DNA of 63,716 bases, the filler included, from Octopus bimaculoides (Eukaryota): the NCBI RefSeq assembly GCF_001194135.2. It is 11 parts of 10 records of this genome, joined end to end, with 100 filler letters (N's around TTAATTAATTAA, not from the genome) between each part and the next. Parts side by side here need not be neighbours in the genome. Positions count along the whole stretch, not along the records: positions 47,336 to 60,006 come from NC_068983.1; positions 60,107 to 62,480 come from NC_068991.1; positions 62,581 to 63,716 come from NW_026406831.1; 8 more parts are not named here. The stretch is one strand, 5' to 3'. This document shows positions 50,585 through 62,975 of the stretch, piece after piece. Under the pieces are notes generated by a model. The model worked only from the letters and a program-made list of their open reading frames with translations. It did no database searches and was not told the origin of the DNA. The position numbers and the translations under genes are program-made. Position 1 is the first letter of the stretch; each line of letters opens with the position of its first letter.

Positions 50585-51271
50585 GGAGGGGAACTCATAA
50601 ATTATCCACACTTTCGCTATATCATATCTTTGTTATTGTCACACTGTCTTCTGCGCATGCGTGTTTATAGTTGGTAGTATTGTGGTCACGCGATCGAAGT
50701 TTGAGTCAGATCACGCCATTTTTCTTTCTGGCTTTACAGTGTAAGCTTTGCCGCTCCACTAGCAATGTGCACCAAAGAAGAGCAAAGAACAGTGATCCGA
50801 TTTCTCTGGTCGGAAATGTGTCAGGTGCTGGAAAAAGGGTTTATGATCAACGGTGCAAGATACAGTGCTTTGCTGGGCAATTGACTGAAGCTAGCTATTC
50901 GCACCAAACGCCGAAGCCTATTGTCAAAGGCAGTTTTGTTGTTGCATGATAATGCACGCCCACACACGGCCGTCCAAACCGTTGAAATCATTAACCAAAT
51001 GTACTAAAAGCCTCTAATGAATTTCAACACTTGATACACCGTCCGACCAGAGAAATCGGATTACTGCTCTTTGATCTTCTTTGGGTATCCATTGCTAGTG
51101 GAGCGGCCATGCTTATAATGTAAAGCCAGAAAGAAAAATAACGCGATCAGGCTCAAACTTCGATCACGTGACCACAACATTACCAACAATAAGCATGCAT
51201 ACGCAGAAGGCAGTGTGAAAATAATAAAGATATGTTTGGCGAAAGTGCGAATAAGTTTTGACTTCTCCTCG
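50585..51271. mobile_element. Mariner (DD34D) derivative bounded by two inverted 5' ends
   Basis: Arms 50585-50828 and about 51035-51271 are reverse-complementary copies of the transposon left end, each including the start of the transposase (MAAPLA..., ...KEEQRTVIRFLWSE). The middle encodes LEKGFMINGARYSALLGN*LKLAIRTKRRSLLSKAVLLLHDNARPHTA. TA on both flanks. Confidence 0.85.
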
Positions 51272-51283
51272 TATATATATTTG

Positions 51284-51400
<117 letters not shown>

Positions 51401-51435
51401 GTGTGTGTGTATATATATGTATGTATATATGTGTG

Positions 51436-51467
<32 letters not shown>

Positions 51468-52159
51468 CATACGAATATAGGTGCATGTGCAGACGCACAA
51501 GTTTTAATACATCTGTGTGTACATATATGTTTAATTATATGCACGTATGTGAATGTATATATACATACATTATATAGATTGTAACATAATGATTTTGCTT
51601 CTTAATTTCATGTTGTCTTGTTCTTCATATCGTTGATTACAAACTTGTTAAATTATTATTAATTTGGACACTTTCCCTTCAGCGATACATCTCTGTTAGA
51701 GTTTTCCTTTTATTCATAGACATTTCTCTTCTGTTTCAATAACTTTTAGTTAAATTTCTAAGCATTACTGAGACATTCTCGTCATCACAGTTATGTTTTA
51801 TACGCTTTCTATGGTTGGTTGCTTGACTGAGTGCAATAAAGGCTACCACAATGTTGATGCTCTTATGAAATTCTTTATATAGTTACATTTCGTTATTGTT
51901 CCAAATTTAGATGAATTTTTCATCGATTGAAGTCGACAAAACAAAACTTTTCTTTCAAGAGTCCGGATTTTCGATAGGTACTACCTATTAACGAATGAGA
52001 AATAGAGATAAACCATAGATAAAGTACGAAGACGATATAAAATCATAGTTTTAGAAATAATGACAATATTTTAACATTTATGAGAAGTAAAATGAAAAGA
52101 CAGATGATAATAATAACAACAGTAACAGAAAGTATAACAACAGCAGCAGTAACAACAAC

Positions 52160-52582
52160 CATTTCAAATTTTGCCACAAGGGCAGCTTGAGGAAGGGGAT
52201 TAAGTCGAAAGGATGAAAGGCAAATCGACCTCGGCGGAATTTGCACTCCGAACGTAGCGGTAGACGAAATACCGCTAAGCATTTCACCCGGCGGGCTAAC
52301 GATTCTGCCAGCTCGCCTTATTATTATAACAATCATAATAACTATTATTATTATAATTATTATTATTATTATTTCAATTTTTTTTCCACAAGGGCAGCTT
52401 GAGGGAGGTGGAGATGAATCGATTACATTGATCCCAGTGTTCAACTGGTACTTATTTAATCGACCCCGAAAGGATGAAATGCAAAGTCGACCTCGGCAGA
52501 ATTTGAACTCAGAACGTAGCGACAGGCGAAATACCGCTAAGCATTACGTCCAGCGTGCTAACGATTCTGCCAGCTCGCCGCC
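52160..52582 (-). mobile_element. Two tandem SINE family B copies separated by (ATT)n
   Basis: 52160-52318 and 52372-52582, both with tail gctgcccttgtgg(c/a)aaaa.ttgaaat. Confidence 0.88.
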
Positions 52583-52594
52583 TTAATAATAATG

Positions 52595-52686
<92 letters not shown>

Positions 52687-52724
52687 AAGAAGAAGAAGAA
52701 GAAGAAGAAGAAGAAGAAGAAGAA

Positions 52725-52770
<46 letters not shown>
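52583..52770 (+). repeat. Compound (AAT)n(AAG)n(GAT)n microsatellite
   Basis: Direct inspection. Confidence 0.95.
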
Positions 52771-52772
<2 letters not shown>

Positions 52773-52773
52773 T

Positions 52774-53306
52774 GTCCTTGTGCAGTACCAGGCACTGGCT
52801 CTCATAGCTTGTGATTTTAACTGATAAGAAGTGTAATCATGTAAATTGTTTTGTCTTGGTATAAAAGATGGGCTACAGCAAATATTCTGCTCAGTACCAC
52901 AAATTTGCTTTTCAGTTGTTTGACCATAACCAGTTGAACATGTAATTTGGCAGCTGATCACGCGCAGAAGTAGTGGGGGAGCATCATAGCCATGTGTTGA
53001 GAGGAATTCTTTGGAGTTTGAATAATTTACTTCTGGAAACATGGGTGTGCCGTTCAACATCCTTAAACCTTATTCAAGGACCATTTGAGCGGGATGGGCT
53101 ACTCGACCTGAAGAAAATTCTAACTAGGCCCCCACCTGCAAGGTCATGCGCTGTTTAGCTTGATATGAGATCACTATGTCGCGCACATATGGTTGTGATG
53201 CACATGCCTGGTGTACTCTTATCAGACGAGTAGCCATGATGGGCATACTAGGCTTCGTATATTTTACCCTAGTGTCACTTTGATGGCATGCACTGCTCTC
53301 TCACTC

Positions 53307-53364
<58 letters not shown>

Positions 53365-53480
53365 TGCCCTGATGCAATACCAGGGATTGGCTCTCATGAC
53401 TTCTGATCTTATCTGAAAGTGTTATTATGTACGTGTTTTGTCTTGGTGTAAAAGATGCTCTGCTAATACTACAGATTTGT
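52774..53480 (+). mobile_element. Family G: full ~530-bp copy, then (AAT)n, then the 5' part of a second copy
   Basis: Full copy 52774-53306; second copy starts gccctgatgcaatacc at 53366. Confidence 0.88.
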
Positions 53481-53982
53481 AAACAAACTAACATTTTTCC
53501 GCCTTGTAGGGGTAATTTACCCAGTATTTNNNNNNNNNNNNNNNNNNNNNNNNNNNNNNNNNNNNNNNNNNNNNNNNNNNNNNNNNNNNNNNNNNNNNNN
53601 NNNNNNNNNNNNNNNNNNNNNNNNNNNNNNNNNNNNNNNNNNNNNNNNNNNNNNNNNNNNNNNNNNNNNNNNNNNNNNNNNNNNNNNNNNNNNNNNNNNN
53701 NNNNNNNNNNNNNNNNNNNNNNNNNNNNNNNNNNNNNNNNNNNNNNNNNNNNNNNNNNNNNNNNNNNNNNNNNNNNNNNNNNNNNNNNNNNNNNNNNNNN
53801 NNNNNNNNNNNNNNNNNNNNNNNNNNNNNNNNNNNNNNNNNNNNNNNNNNNNNNNNNNNNNNNNNNNNNNNNNNNNNNNNNNNNNNNNNNNNNNNNNNNN
53901 NNNNNNNNNNNNNNNNNNNNNNNNNNNNNNNNNNNNNNNNNNNNNNNNNNNNNNNNNNNNNNNNNNNNNNNNNNNNNNNNNN

Positions 53983-54024
<42 letters not shown>

Positions 54025-54243
54025 GTGCGTGCGTGCGTGCGTGCGAGCGTGCATGCGTGCGAGCGTGCGTGCGTGCGAGCGTGCGTGCGAGCGTGCGTGT
54101 GTGTGTGCGCATGTGTATTCATGTATATATGTATGAATATATGTATGTATATGTGTATAAATATTAATTCGTATAATACATATTTATATTGATATATATT
54201 ATATATATACTTTATTTGCATTGTATCTATCAATGCACAAAAA

Positions 54244-54409
54244 TCACAAATTTAAGAATGTTAAACATTGTAATAATACCCACCTATTATTCACAAGTGT
54301 AAGAAATTCTTCACGAGATTTAGGATCCTCTCGTAATACACCTAACATAGTACTAGTAACTGTCTTGCTGTTGAGTTTCTGGACCCCTCGCATGACCATA
54401 CACATGTGG
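54244..54409 (-). CDS. GCH1: GTP cyclohydrolase I, last conserved coding exon
   Basis: Minus-strand acceptor tcttttttttttaatccttacAG|C, then [40 protein letters not shown], nearly identical to the metazoan GCH1 C-terminus (human [41 protein letters not shown]). It includes the zinc-ligand Cys and a phase-2 intron just before His, as in human exon 6. The end is either TGA at 54246-54244 or a donor AG|GTGGGT after 54284. Upstream exons were not found in the window. Confidence 0.95.
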
Positions 54410-54984
54410 CTGTAAGGATTAAAAAAAAAAAGAGGTGAGTCAATATCAAATGTAAAATGATGGCGTTGACATACATATCTAAATGGCATGAAATATGATG
54501 GAACTTTTAAAAGTTGGTTAATATTTTGCTTAAATCGGAAGGCGGCTATCTGGCAGAACCCTTAAAAGACTGGGCGAAATGCTTAGCAGCATTCCGTTAG
54601 TCTTGAAGTTAAAATTCCACGGAGGCCCACTTTGCATTTTATCCTGTTGAAGTAATAGATTTAGTTCCGAACTTGCGAGCCTTGTGGTTAACTCTGAGTG
54701 GGGAAATAGAACGGCCGGTGGCAGGCTCGAATTTGAACTAAATTTAATTACGTCTCTAAGTTTTCTTTCTTTGAATTTTATACTATTAGTTCATGGGTCA
54801 ATAAATAAATGTTGCAATATGGGGGTAGATTTAATCAATTGACTGCCTTCCTTACTCCAAGATCAACCCTATAATTACTGGCCCCATCCAAATATTTAAA
54901 AAGTTAGTATTTGTAGGGAGGGGAAAGAGCTGTCGGTGGCAGAGACAAAATTGTTTGTGGTATTTAGTATACAATAGTAAAGGC

Positions 54985-55305
54985 GCATGGCTTAGCGGTT
55001 ATGGTATTCAGCTTACGATCGAAAGGTCACAAGGTCGTGAGTTCAATTCCCAACGACAAGTTGTGTCCTTCAGCAAGACACTTAATTTTACGTTGCTTCA
55101 GTCCACTCGGCTGGCAAAAATGATTAGTGCCTGTAATTTAAAGGGCCAGCCTTATCACACTCTGTGTGACGCTGAGTTTCCCTGAAAACTACGTGAAGTG
55201 TACACATGCTTGTGAAGTGCTCAGTCACTTGCACATTAATTTCACGAGTAGACCTGTTCCGTTGAGCGAATCAACTGGAACCCTCGTAACTGACGGAGTT
55301 TCAAT
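54985..55305 (+). mobile_element. tRNA-derived SINE with the family C tail but a different (CORE/V-like) centre
   Basis: Head ggcgcatggcttagcggttatggt...gagttcaattccc; centre gtgtccttcagcaagacactt...cagtccactcggctg; tail matches the reverse complement of 10945-11120. Confidence 0.8.
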
Positions 55306-55913
55306 AATTTAGTATACATCGTTAATATCTCGCTGGTGTCGATTTTGCCTCTCACCTTTCTAAAGTCAAGTTTATGACCGATACCTCCCAACATACACAC
55401 ACATCATAACCAGCATATAAATAAAATATATGACCATCTGCTAATGCTAGAAAGAAATTAATATTTAGTAGAACTAACTACTCATGAAATGTACTTTGAT
55501 AATGATAGAATTTTGCATGTTGTTCATTATGAAAGAGTTAATGAGAAGATAAAAATGAAGACAAACAGGCTTGATGCAATAGTATTGAGAGAAGATGCAT
55601 ACAACTTCATTCACTTGGTGAGCTCAATACAGTCGATATTAGAAACTCATATGAAAGAAACATCGAAGGAGCGACGTATATGTTTTGCGTAGAAATATAT
55701 CTCTTGTCAGTCTCTCTATTACTTGTTTCAGTTATAGCACTAGCGCCATGGTGGGGCACATCGTTGAAGGATTTTAGCCAGTCATATCGACTCATACTTA
55801 TTTTTGAGTGTGATACTTAGGTTATCGATATCCATTTGTCGCAACGCTAGGCACTGCACATAAACACAATACCATTTTGTTAGTAGCATCAGTAGAAAAG
55901 AAATACAGACACA

Positions 55914-55980
<67 letters not shown>

Positions 55981-56272
55981 ACGCACGCACACTGAAGAAA
56001 TGAATCCATGAAGATGATCTACCCGATGGGTACGGATACTACGGACGACACTGCAATTATCCCAGGAATATGGACAGTGATTTTAAGATTTGTGGAAACG
56101 CGCGTAGCTATGCATTAAAATATTCATAAATTCCATCCAGGCATTATTACTATTATTGCTATATTTATCCTACAATGTATCGGTACAGCTTGGTGCAACT
56201 CCCAAAAACTGGTTCATCACTCAGCATCGTTAGACTGTAGCCGGCATAATGGATTAAAAGATTTATTTACAT

Positions 56273-56338
<66 letters not shown>

Positions 56339-56348
56339 NNNNNNNNNN

Positions 56349-56415
<67 letters not shown>

Positions 56416-56467
56416 TGCACACATACACACATATACATATATGTACCCAATACATACATGTGTGCGC

Positions 56468-56620
56468 AAACGACGGGCTTTTGCACATTTTCCGACAACC
56501 AATTCCACTTGCTCGACGCGAGGCTGTAAGACCTTTTAACCAAAATTGCTCACAGTGGGGCCTGAACCTGTAACCACTTCTTAATGAAGCTAACTTTTTA
56601 ATCACAGAAACATGCCTTCG
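56468..56620 (-). mobile_element. SINE family A head, degenerate
   Basis: acgacgggctt...cacagtggggcctgaacc...aatcacagaaacatgcc. Confidence 0.6.
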
Positions 56621-57925
56621 TCTCTCTATATTTTGTTAATGTATCTATTTGATGTTGTCAGTTACCAGTTTACTGAATGTACATACACCTTATATATGCA
56701 CTTGAACTCACAATTACCAACTCATATTTGAGTGGCTCTTCAAGTGGTGACGCACATTACTAACTTAGTATTTCTTGTGGTCTCTTGAAGTTGCAACTAA
56801 TTCTCACCCTGTATCATGCTCTGTTGTCTTAAAAGGTAAAGAAAACATTGAATGATTTAGTCTGGGATACAATGTACCCCCAAAAATAAACAAAAGACGG
56901 GATATCGTGACTAATTCCTTTTAACATAAATTTTCTTCGGGATTGAGTCTGGACTAAGCAGAAACAAATAAAAAGAGATGTAGCCCATCTATCCCCGTTT
57001 ATCACTAATTTAGTTATCACTGATCTGAAATAACACAGTACGCTCAGTTGTGAACCGTATTAGGCTTATCACGAATTGGTCTGTGATAACACGAATCGGC
57101 TATGTCAATGATTGTGCTTGATATGATATTTTTCAGTTATATTTCTATAATTTATTGATCATATGTGATTAAATTTTACTTTAAATATTTTTACTAGCCC
57201 GAAACAATATCATGATGTGCTCTAAACCATTTGGAAGTGTTATTTGGATAAGTTAGAGGGTCATCTTCGGGTCTCGGAACGAAACTTATTTTCCCCATAT
57301 GCTCTATTATTCATTTATCGTCGATTCATTTAACGCGTTTTTTTTTTTTTTACCAGATACCCGTGATAAGCGAGAACATACGTATTAAGATTATAATTTT
57401 CTGGACAATACTCTACTTTATAATATACATTTACTATATTTACATCAACACTACAGTTCTATCACCGCTCCATCACAAGTGTTTCCTTGACGTGTACATG
57501 ATCAGAGGCCAATTGCGAAGTAAGACTATTTCCAATCTAAGAGCAATCGTGTTCTTATATACTAAACTACAGCCACATATATGTATGATGATGGTGTATA
57601 TATATGTGTATGTGTGTGTGTGTGTGTTGTTGTTGAATCATGGGAAATTGGTGAAAAGTTAGCTCGACTGATAGAGGAAATGCAAGTGAAAGGTGTTGAC
57701 CGCCTAAAACAACTAAAACAATAGACAGAAACAAAAAGTTTTGATGAGATATTTCAAATTAGTGTGGGAGTTTCATTAAAAACATTTAAAAACATTTACA
57801 CATTCCCATTGAGAAACTGCTTTTTATCATTTATGTGCGTGTGCATTTTATGTGTGTGCGTGTATGTGTGTGTAGTGTATGTATGTATGTACGTATGTAT
57901 GTATGCATGCATACATACATACATA

Positions 57926-58369
57926 TCATTATTAAGTTTTATTTCAAGATTTCAGGCCAATAGAGAAAGAGCCGATTTATAACCTCGATCTAAGGCTCCT
58001 TCATTAGAATTTCAACATCAGTAACGGTATTTTTGTATGTATGTATGTATGTATGCATGTATGTATGTATGCATGTATGTATGCATGTATGTATGTATGT
58101 ATGTATGTATGTATGTATCTATCTATCTATCTATCTTGCAGATTTGTATGTTTTGTTTTATGTATGTATTCTCACGCATATACATGCATAATTAGACATG
58201 CTCATATATACTTAAATGATAAACTTCTGGAAAGTTTTACACATTTTCACAGTTCCAGTGATAGATGGATCTGTAGTCTTCGAATCAGCTTTCTCCTTTT
58301 TGGTTTTGAGAAGCCTAATTTCTAAAGAATGATATTTAGGCAGTGTTTTACATATCCCAGTGCACCAAT
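57926..58369 (-). mobile_element. R4/Dong-like LINE 3' fragment flanked by (TATG)n on both sides
   Basis: Starts at IGALGYVKHCLNI..RKLIRRLQI..CKTFQKFII*; full 3'UTR with expanded internal (CATA)n and terminal AATAAA unit. Confidence 0.88.
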
Positions 58370-58376
58370 ATGTACG

Positions 58377-58410
<34 letters not shown>

Positions 58411-58854
58411 TGTATGTATGGTTTAAATTTTGATACAAACGATATTTAATATCGTTTTGTAATTATCAATTTATGATTGGAAATATCAAACTCACAGACA
58501 GATATCAAACAGTTTATTTATTGCTTACTGAGTAAACGTACTTCCAGTTACACTGGTTTCTTCTCACGCGATTTCACTATACATTTTCGCTGGCTTTCTT
58601 TGAATTTGCAGCTTCTACAACGAATACTGATTTCCTACAAAGTGTACTGATTCTGATTTTATGAATTAGGTAGCTCACAGTGACCTCTACTTTACAACAA
58701 CTTGTTAAATCTAAACATAATTTCTTAAAGTTAAAAATTAATTAATCTAAGAAGAAAAATAATCGTGACTTGATATCTAACAGTTTGAAATATTATTAAA
58801 GTTGAAGTATATTTTGTTTAATATCATTTTCAGTGGGTTACGTTCTGATTTCAT

Positions 58855-58985
58855 ATTTCGCCTTTTTACCTTTCATCCTTCCGGGATCGATAAACTAAGT
58901 ACCAGTTGAACACTGGGGTCGATGTAATCGACTTACTCCTTCCCCGAAATTACTGGCCTTGTACCAAAATTTGGAATCAATATTT
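58855..58985 (+). mobile_element. SINE family B fragment
   Basis: cctttcatccttccgggatcgataaactaagtaccagttg...ggccttgtaccaaaatttgg. Confidence 0.85.
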
Positions 58986-61386
58986 TTCAGTGGGTTTACT
59001 TAAAGTTAAAGCAAATCAGTTTCTTTCTCGGGACCACTATTCATTCTCGGCTAACATTTCAGCAAATTGAAGCCGTGACGCCGTCAGAGTAGATAAAAAA
59101 AAGGACATATTTTCAAAGGTGGGGGGACGCCCTAGTGGGTACAGAATAAATATTACAGAGATAGGAGTTTATATACTTCAGTATAGAATTTCTTTCGAAT
59201 TTCTTCTTTCACGCCCTATAAAAATATTCATTATGTAAAAAAAACAAAAAAAAACAGTGAAAACAAAGGAAATATGATCCCTGTGTGTATTGCAGGTGAA
59301 GGCCATACAGTATTTTGTTTGTTAACTTTTACAAAACAGCAGTCAATTCTCATCAATGAGGTTTCTTTCATGACAGCTCACTCCGAAAATTCATAACAGT
59401 AATGACCAAGATTTCTAAACAGTGTTTATCTGACGTATAGTAAAGTCTTTAACCAGTTGAATGTCATACATAGAGTGTTAAACTCCACCCACACCTACAG
59501 CACCGGTTCGACTCTCGGTTAAGCAATTTCGTATCATTTATCTTTTGCATGTGCCATTTTTAGCCGTGCCATTTTCGCATGTGCCATTTCAGCTGTCCTA
59601 AAGAAGAGAGGAACTGGCTCAGTTGGCTTTAACTCGATATCCTACAATTAATGCGAAATCTTCGGCATTAAACCAGCAAGCTATAGAAAGTTTGCTGACT
59701 GTCTTAGGTCTATATAGACATAGATACTCACTTGACCTTCCCACTCATTGACTCAATAGAACATTGAGTATGTGACGGCTGGAGGAAGAAATGGCCGCAC
59801 CATAGAAATACGATGGTCTTCTGCTTAGTTTTCTTCTGTCAGATGCCATTTACTGGGGAGTAGTTAACCTGAGGTTACGAAGCTACAGTGTTAACTTGGT
59901 TGCGAAGTGTACTTGTTCACCAAATGGTTATGTGTACAAATGAATAACTACTCACTCACGCATACATATACATGCATTCATATATATATATATATATATA
60001 TATATANNNNNNNNNNNNNNNNNNNNNNNNNNNNNNNNNNNNNNNNNNNNTTAATTAATTAANNNNNNNNNNNNNNNNNNNNNNNNNNNNNNNNNNNNNN
60101 NNNNNNATATACATATATATATATATATAGTGTCTTGACTAGTGGTAATAGAGCTGCATTTTTGATCGGAATTTCTTTGTTTCGATTCCCGGACCGACTT
60201 TGTGTTATCCAGCAAAATTCCTCATTTCACCTTGCTGCAGATGGGTAACCCCGTGCCGTACAGACGTTGCGTTTAGCAGAAATTCTTGTTGTCCGGCTAC
60301 CCCAACGGTTTGATATCATTTGGTAACGAATTGTGACCATTTGAGTGCGTATTGTAACAACATCCGAGATATTGATGAATGTGTATGCTTTCCTGTTCGT
60401 GTACTTTTCTCTGTGTGTGCGTGTGTGTGTGTGTGTGTGTGTATGTGTGTGGGGTGGGGGTGGGGGTGTGCGCGTGCGTATATGTGCGGGAATAATTAAA
60501 AGCGCCATCCATGTTTTATATTTAATATAAATATAGTGTTGAAATCCAAATTAATGCAATATTCTTCGTGAGATAAACTTCTCCTACGCTTATTTATTGA
60601 CTGTAAGCACACGCCATTGACAAGGCTCAACGAAGCAACAAACCCATAACAAATATGAGAGGCATTATATAATTTATATATATATATATATTCTGTAAGA
60701 AAATAACGATGGTAGGTTGCGTGCCGTCGATTATTCTTTCACCCTCTTGGATGATGTGTGTGTTTTGCTAATAATAGTATTGGTGATGGCAATAATGCGA
60801 CCCTGATGAGATGGAGTATCCAGAAATTTGTAATATGTTGTAATTTGTTACAATATTTTACGAGACATCTTATGATGTGGTTTATTTTTCCGGGATATCC
60901 TATTGAAATGTGCATAGGTTTGGCTTATTGTGGTTGTTTCTGTTATTATAATTGTTGCTGCAATAAAGTATCTTCAATGCATTGATTTTGAGCTCTATCC
61001 TTTAAGAGACATGTATACATATATATATACAAAAACTCAACTGTGAGTTTTTGGCTAAGACTGTTANNNNNNNNNNNNNNNNNNNNNNNNNNNNNNNNNN
61101 NNNNNNNNNNNNNNNNNNNNNNNNNNNNNNNNNNNNNNNNNNNNNNNNNNNNNNNNNNNNNNNNNNNNNNNNNNNNNNNNNNNNNNNNNNNNNNNNNNNN
61201 NNNNNNNNNNNNNNNNNNNNNNNNNNNNNNNNNNNNNNNNNNNNNNNNNNNNNNNNNNNNNNNNNNNNNNNNNNNNNNNNNNNNNNNNNNNNNNNNNNNN
61301 NNNNNNNNNNNNNNNNNNNNNNNNNNNNNNNNNNNNNNNNNNNNNNNNNNNNNNNNNNNNNNNNNNNNNNNNNNNNNNNNNNNNNN

Positions 61387-61579
61387 GTTATAAAATGTTC
61401 AGCATAGTAACATTGTTTTTGGAGAAATAGACTCGAACTCACACGTCCGTGATTACACGTCGCGGTGCTCTAGACCGATTAAGCTGCTAGGTCTAGAGCT
61501 CCGCGACGCGTAATCACGGAGGTGCGAGTTCGAGTCTATTTCTCTAAAAACAATGTTACTATACTCAAAATTTTGTAAC
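61387..61579. repeat. Palindrome with 90-bp arms and a 13-nt loop; arms contain tRNA-like A/B boxes
   Basis: Arms 61387-61476 and 61490-61579, with 9 mismatches in 90 by manual alignment. Confidence 0.9.
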
Positions 61580-61718
61580 GTTTTTCTAACATAACGATTT
61601 AAATATATGCCTTAACCATATAACGCAAGCCTTCTGTAGTTTTTTCACTCTTTTTTATCTTCTTATACATCCAACCACGTGCTTTCACATACCAAGTTTC
61701 ACACACTCGCACACACAT

Positions 61719-61760
<42 letters not shown>

Positions 61761-61809
61761 CCCCCCCACACACACATATATATAATGTTGTAGGCTGACT
61801 GTATAATTC

Positions 61810-62210
61810 TATATTTTGTGTCTATAAAGTCTTCTTCGGGACATGTGTGCAAAGCAACGGATGGTAAAAAGATTATTGCTCAGATTGGCGAAGAGGAAGG
61901 ACGGAGTAGGACTAAGAAGGACGGTGACACTTACAAACTTGTGTTGTGAAAGGAACAACTCTGCCTCTAATACTTCTGTCATATTGTTTATTACTGGTTT
62001 CAGTTTTTTGAAATGGAAGGCCTCCTTGATTTTGAGGTTTCTTCTGTTACGGTGAGTGGCCCAAGTGGATATATTGAAATCCTGGGTCTGGCTCTTCATT
62101 AGGGTTTTCTTGATCAGAGTGTTTGTATACACATCGTCTTTTATTAGAAAGTTCAATTTCCTGGTGGTGTCTTCAACGTGGGATGCCCCCTTTATACATA
62201 AATACATACT
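61810..62210 (-). mobile_element. Probable Penelope-like element remnant (GIY-YIG C-terminal region)
   Basis: ISTWATHRNRRNLKIKEAFHFKKLKPVINNMTE resembles the PLE C-terminal motif ILA.E.N...RKIKEA..I....P.IN. Assignment by recall only. Confidence 0.5.
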
Positions 62211-62378
62211 TACATGAATTCATACATAGATACATACATGCACTCATATTCATATATACATGTATGTATATAGGTTTATATGTATATATTTATCAATATA
62301 TATATAAATAGGTTTTACAGATGTTTCCGGGATATTTTACGTTACCTCTCATAACCTTTCTCTCTCTCTCTCTCTCTC

Positions 62379-62414
<36 letters not shown>

Positions 62415-62975
62415 CATAAATATAAATACAAATATATATATATATACATATATATATATTTATATATATATATATATATANNNNNNNNNNNNNNNNNNNN
62501 NNNNNNNNNNNNNNNNNNNNNNNNTTAATTAATTAANNNNNNNNNNNNNNNNNNNNNNNNNNNNNNNNNNNNNNNNNNNNGGTACCATTCAGTTTCTTGA
62601 AACAATTTCAGTTTTGAAGTTGTTGCTGTTGTTCTTGATACGGATTATCATTAATACAAATGATTTCTCTTTCCCTCCTGATTGTAAGTTGAACTCTTTA
62701 CTTCCTGTACTATGACACAGTACAATAAGGAAATGTATGAACCCTGTTTATATTCATTTCGAGGGAAGTGAAGAAGTCTTTAATGTAAGGGCAGATAACT
62801 CTAATCCCTTCTTCAATCATTCATTTCTCTTCTGTCACAGAATCACAACATTGGTCTTTTGACTTGGAAAATCTTCAATATGATTTTCAGAGTTAATTAA
62901 ATAAATATTTAGGTGTGGAGAAGTTATTATTTTAAGTTTGTTAGCCCCACTTAACTCTCTGTCTTTCATCCAGAT

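Noticed and set aside
55469-55617. Exon-like open frame ELTTHEMYFDNDRILHVVHYERV...YNFIHL with donor TG|GTGAGC
   Set aside because: Weak acceptor, no recognisable homology, and it does not continue the Ig domain. It needs RNA-seq before any claim.
59538-59600. gtgccattt motif repeated three times
   Set aside because: It may be a DNA-transposon subterminal repeat, but no TIR partner or TSD was identified.
60788-60830. ctgatgag-atggagtatcca-gaaa as a hammerhead ribozyme
   Set aside because: The stem II closing pair is wrong and no helix I or cleavage-site pairing could be built.
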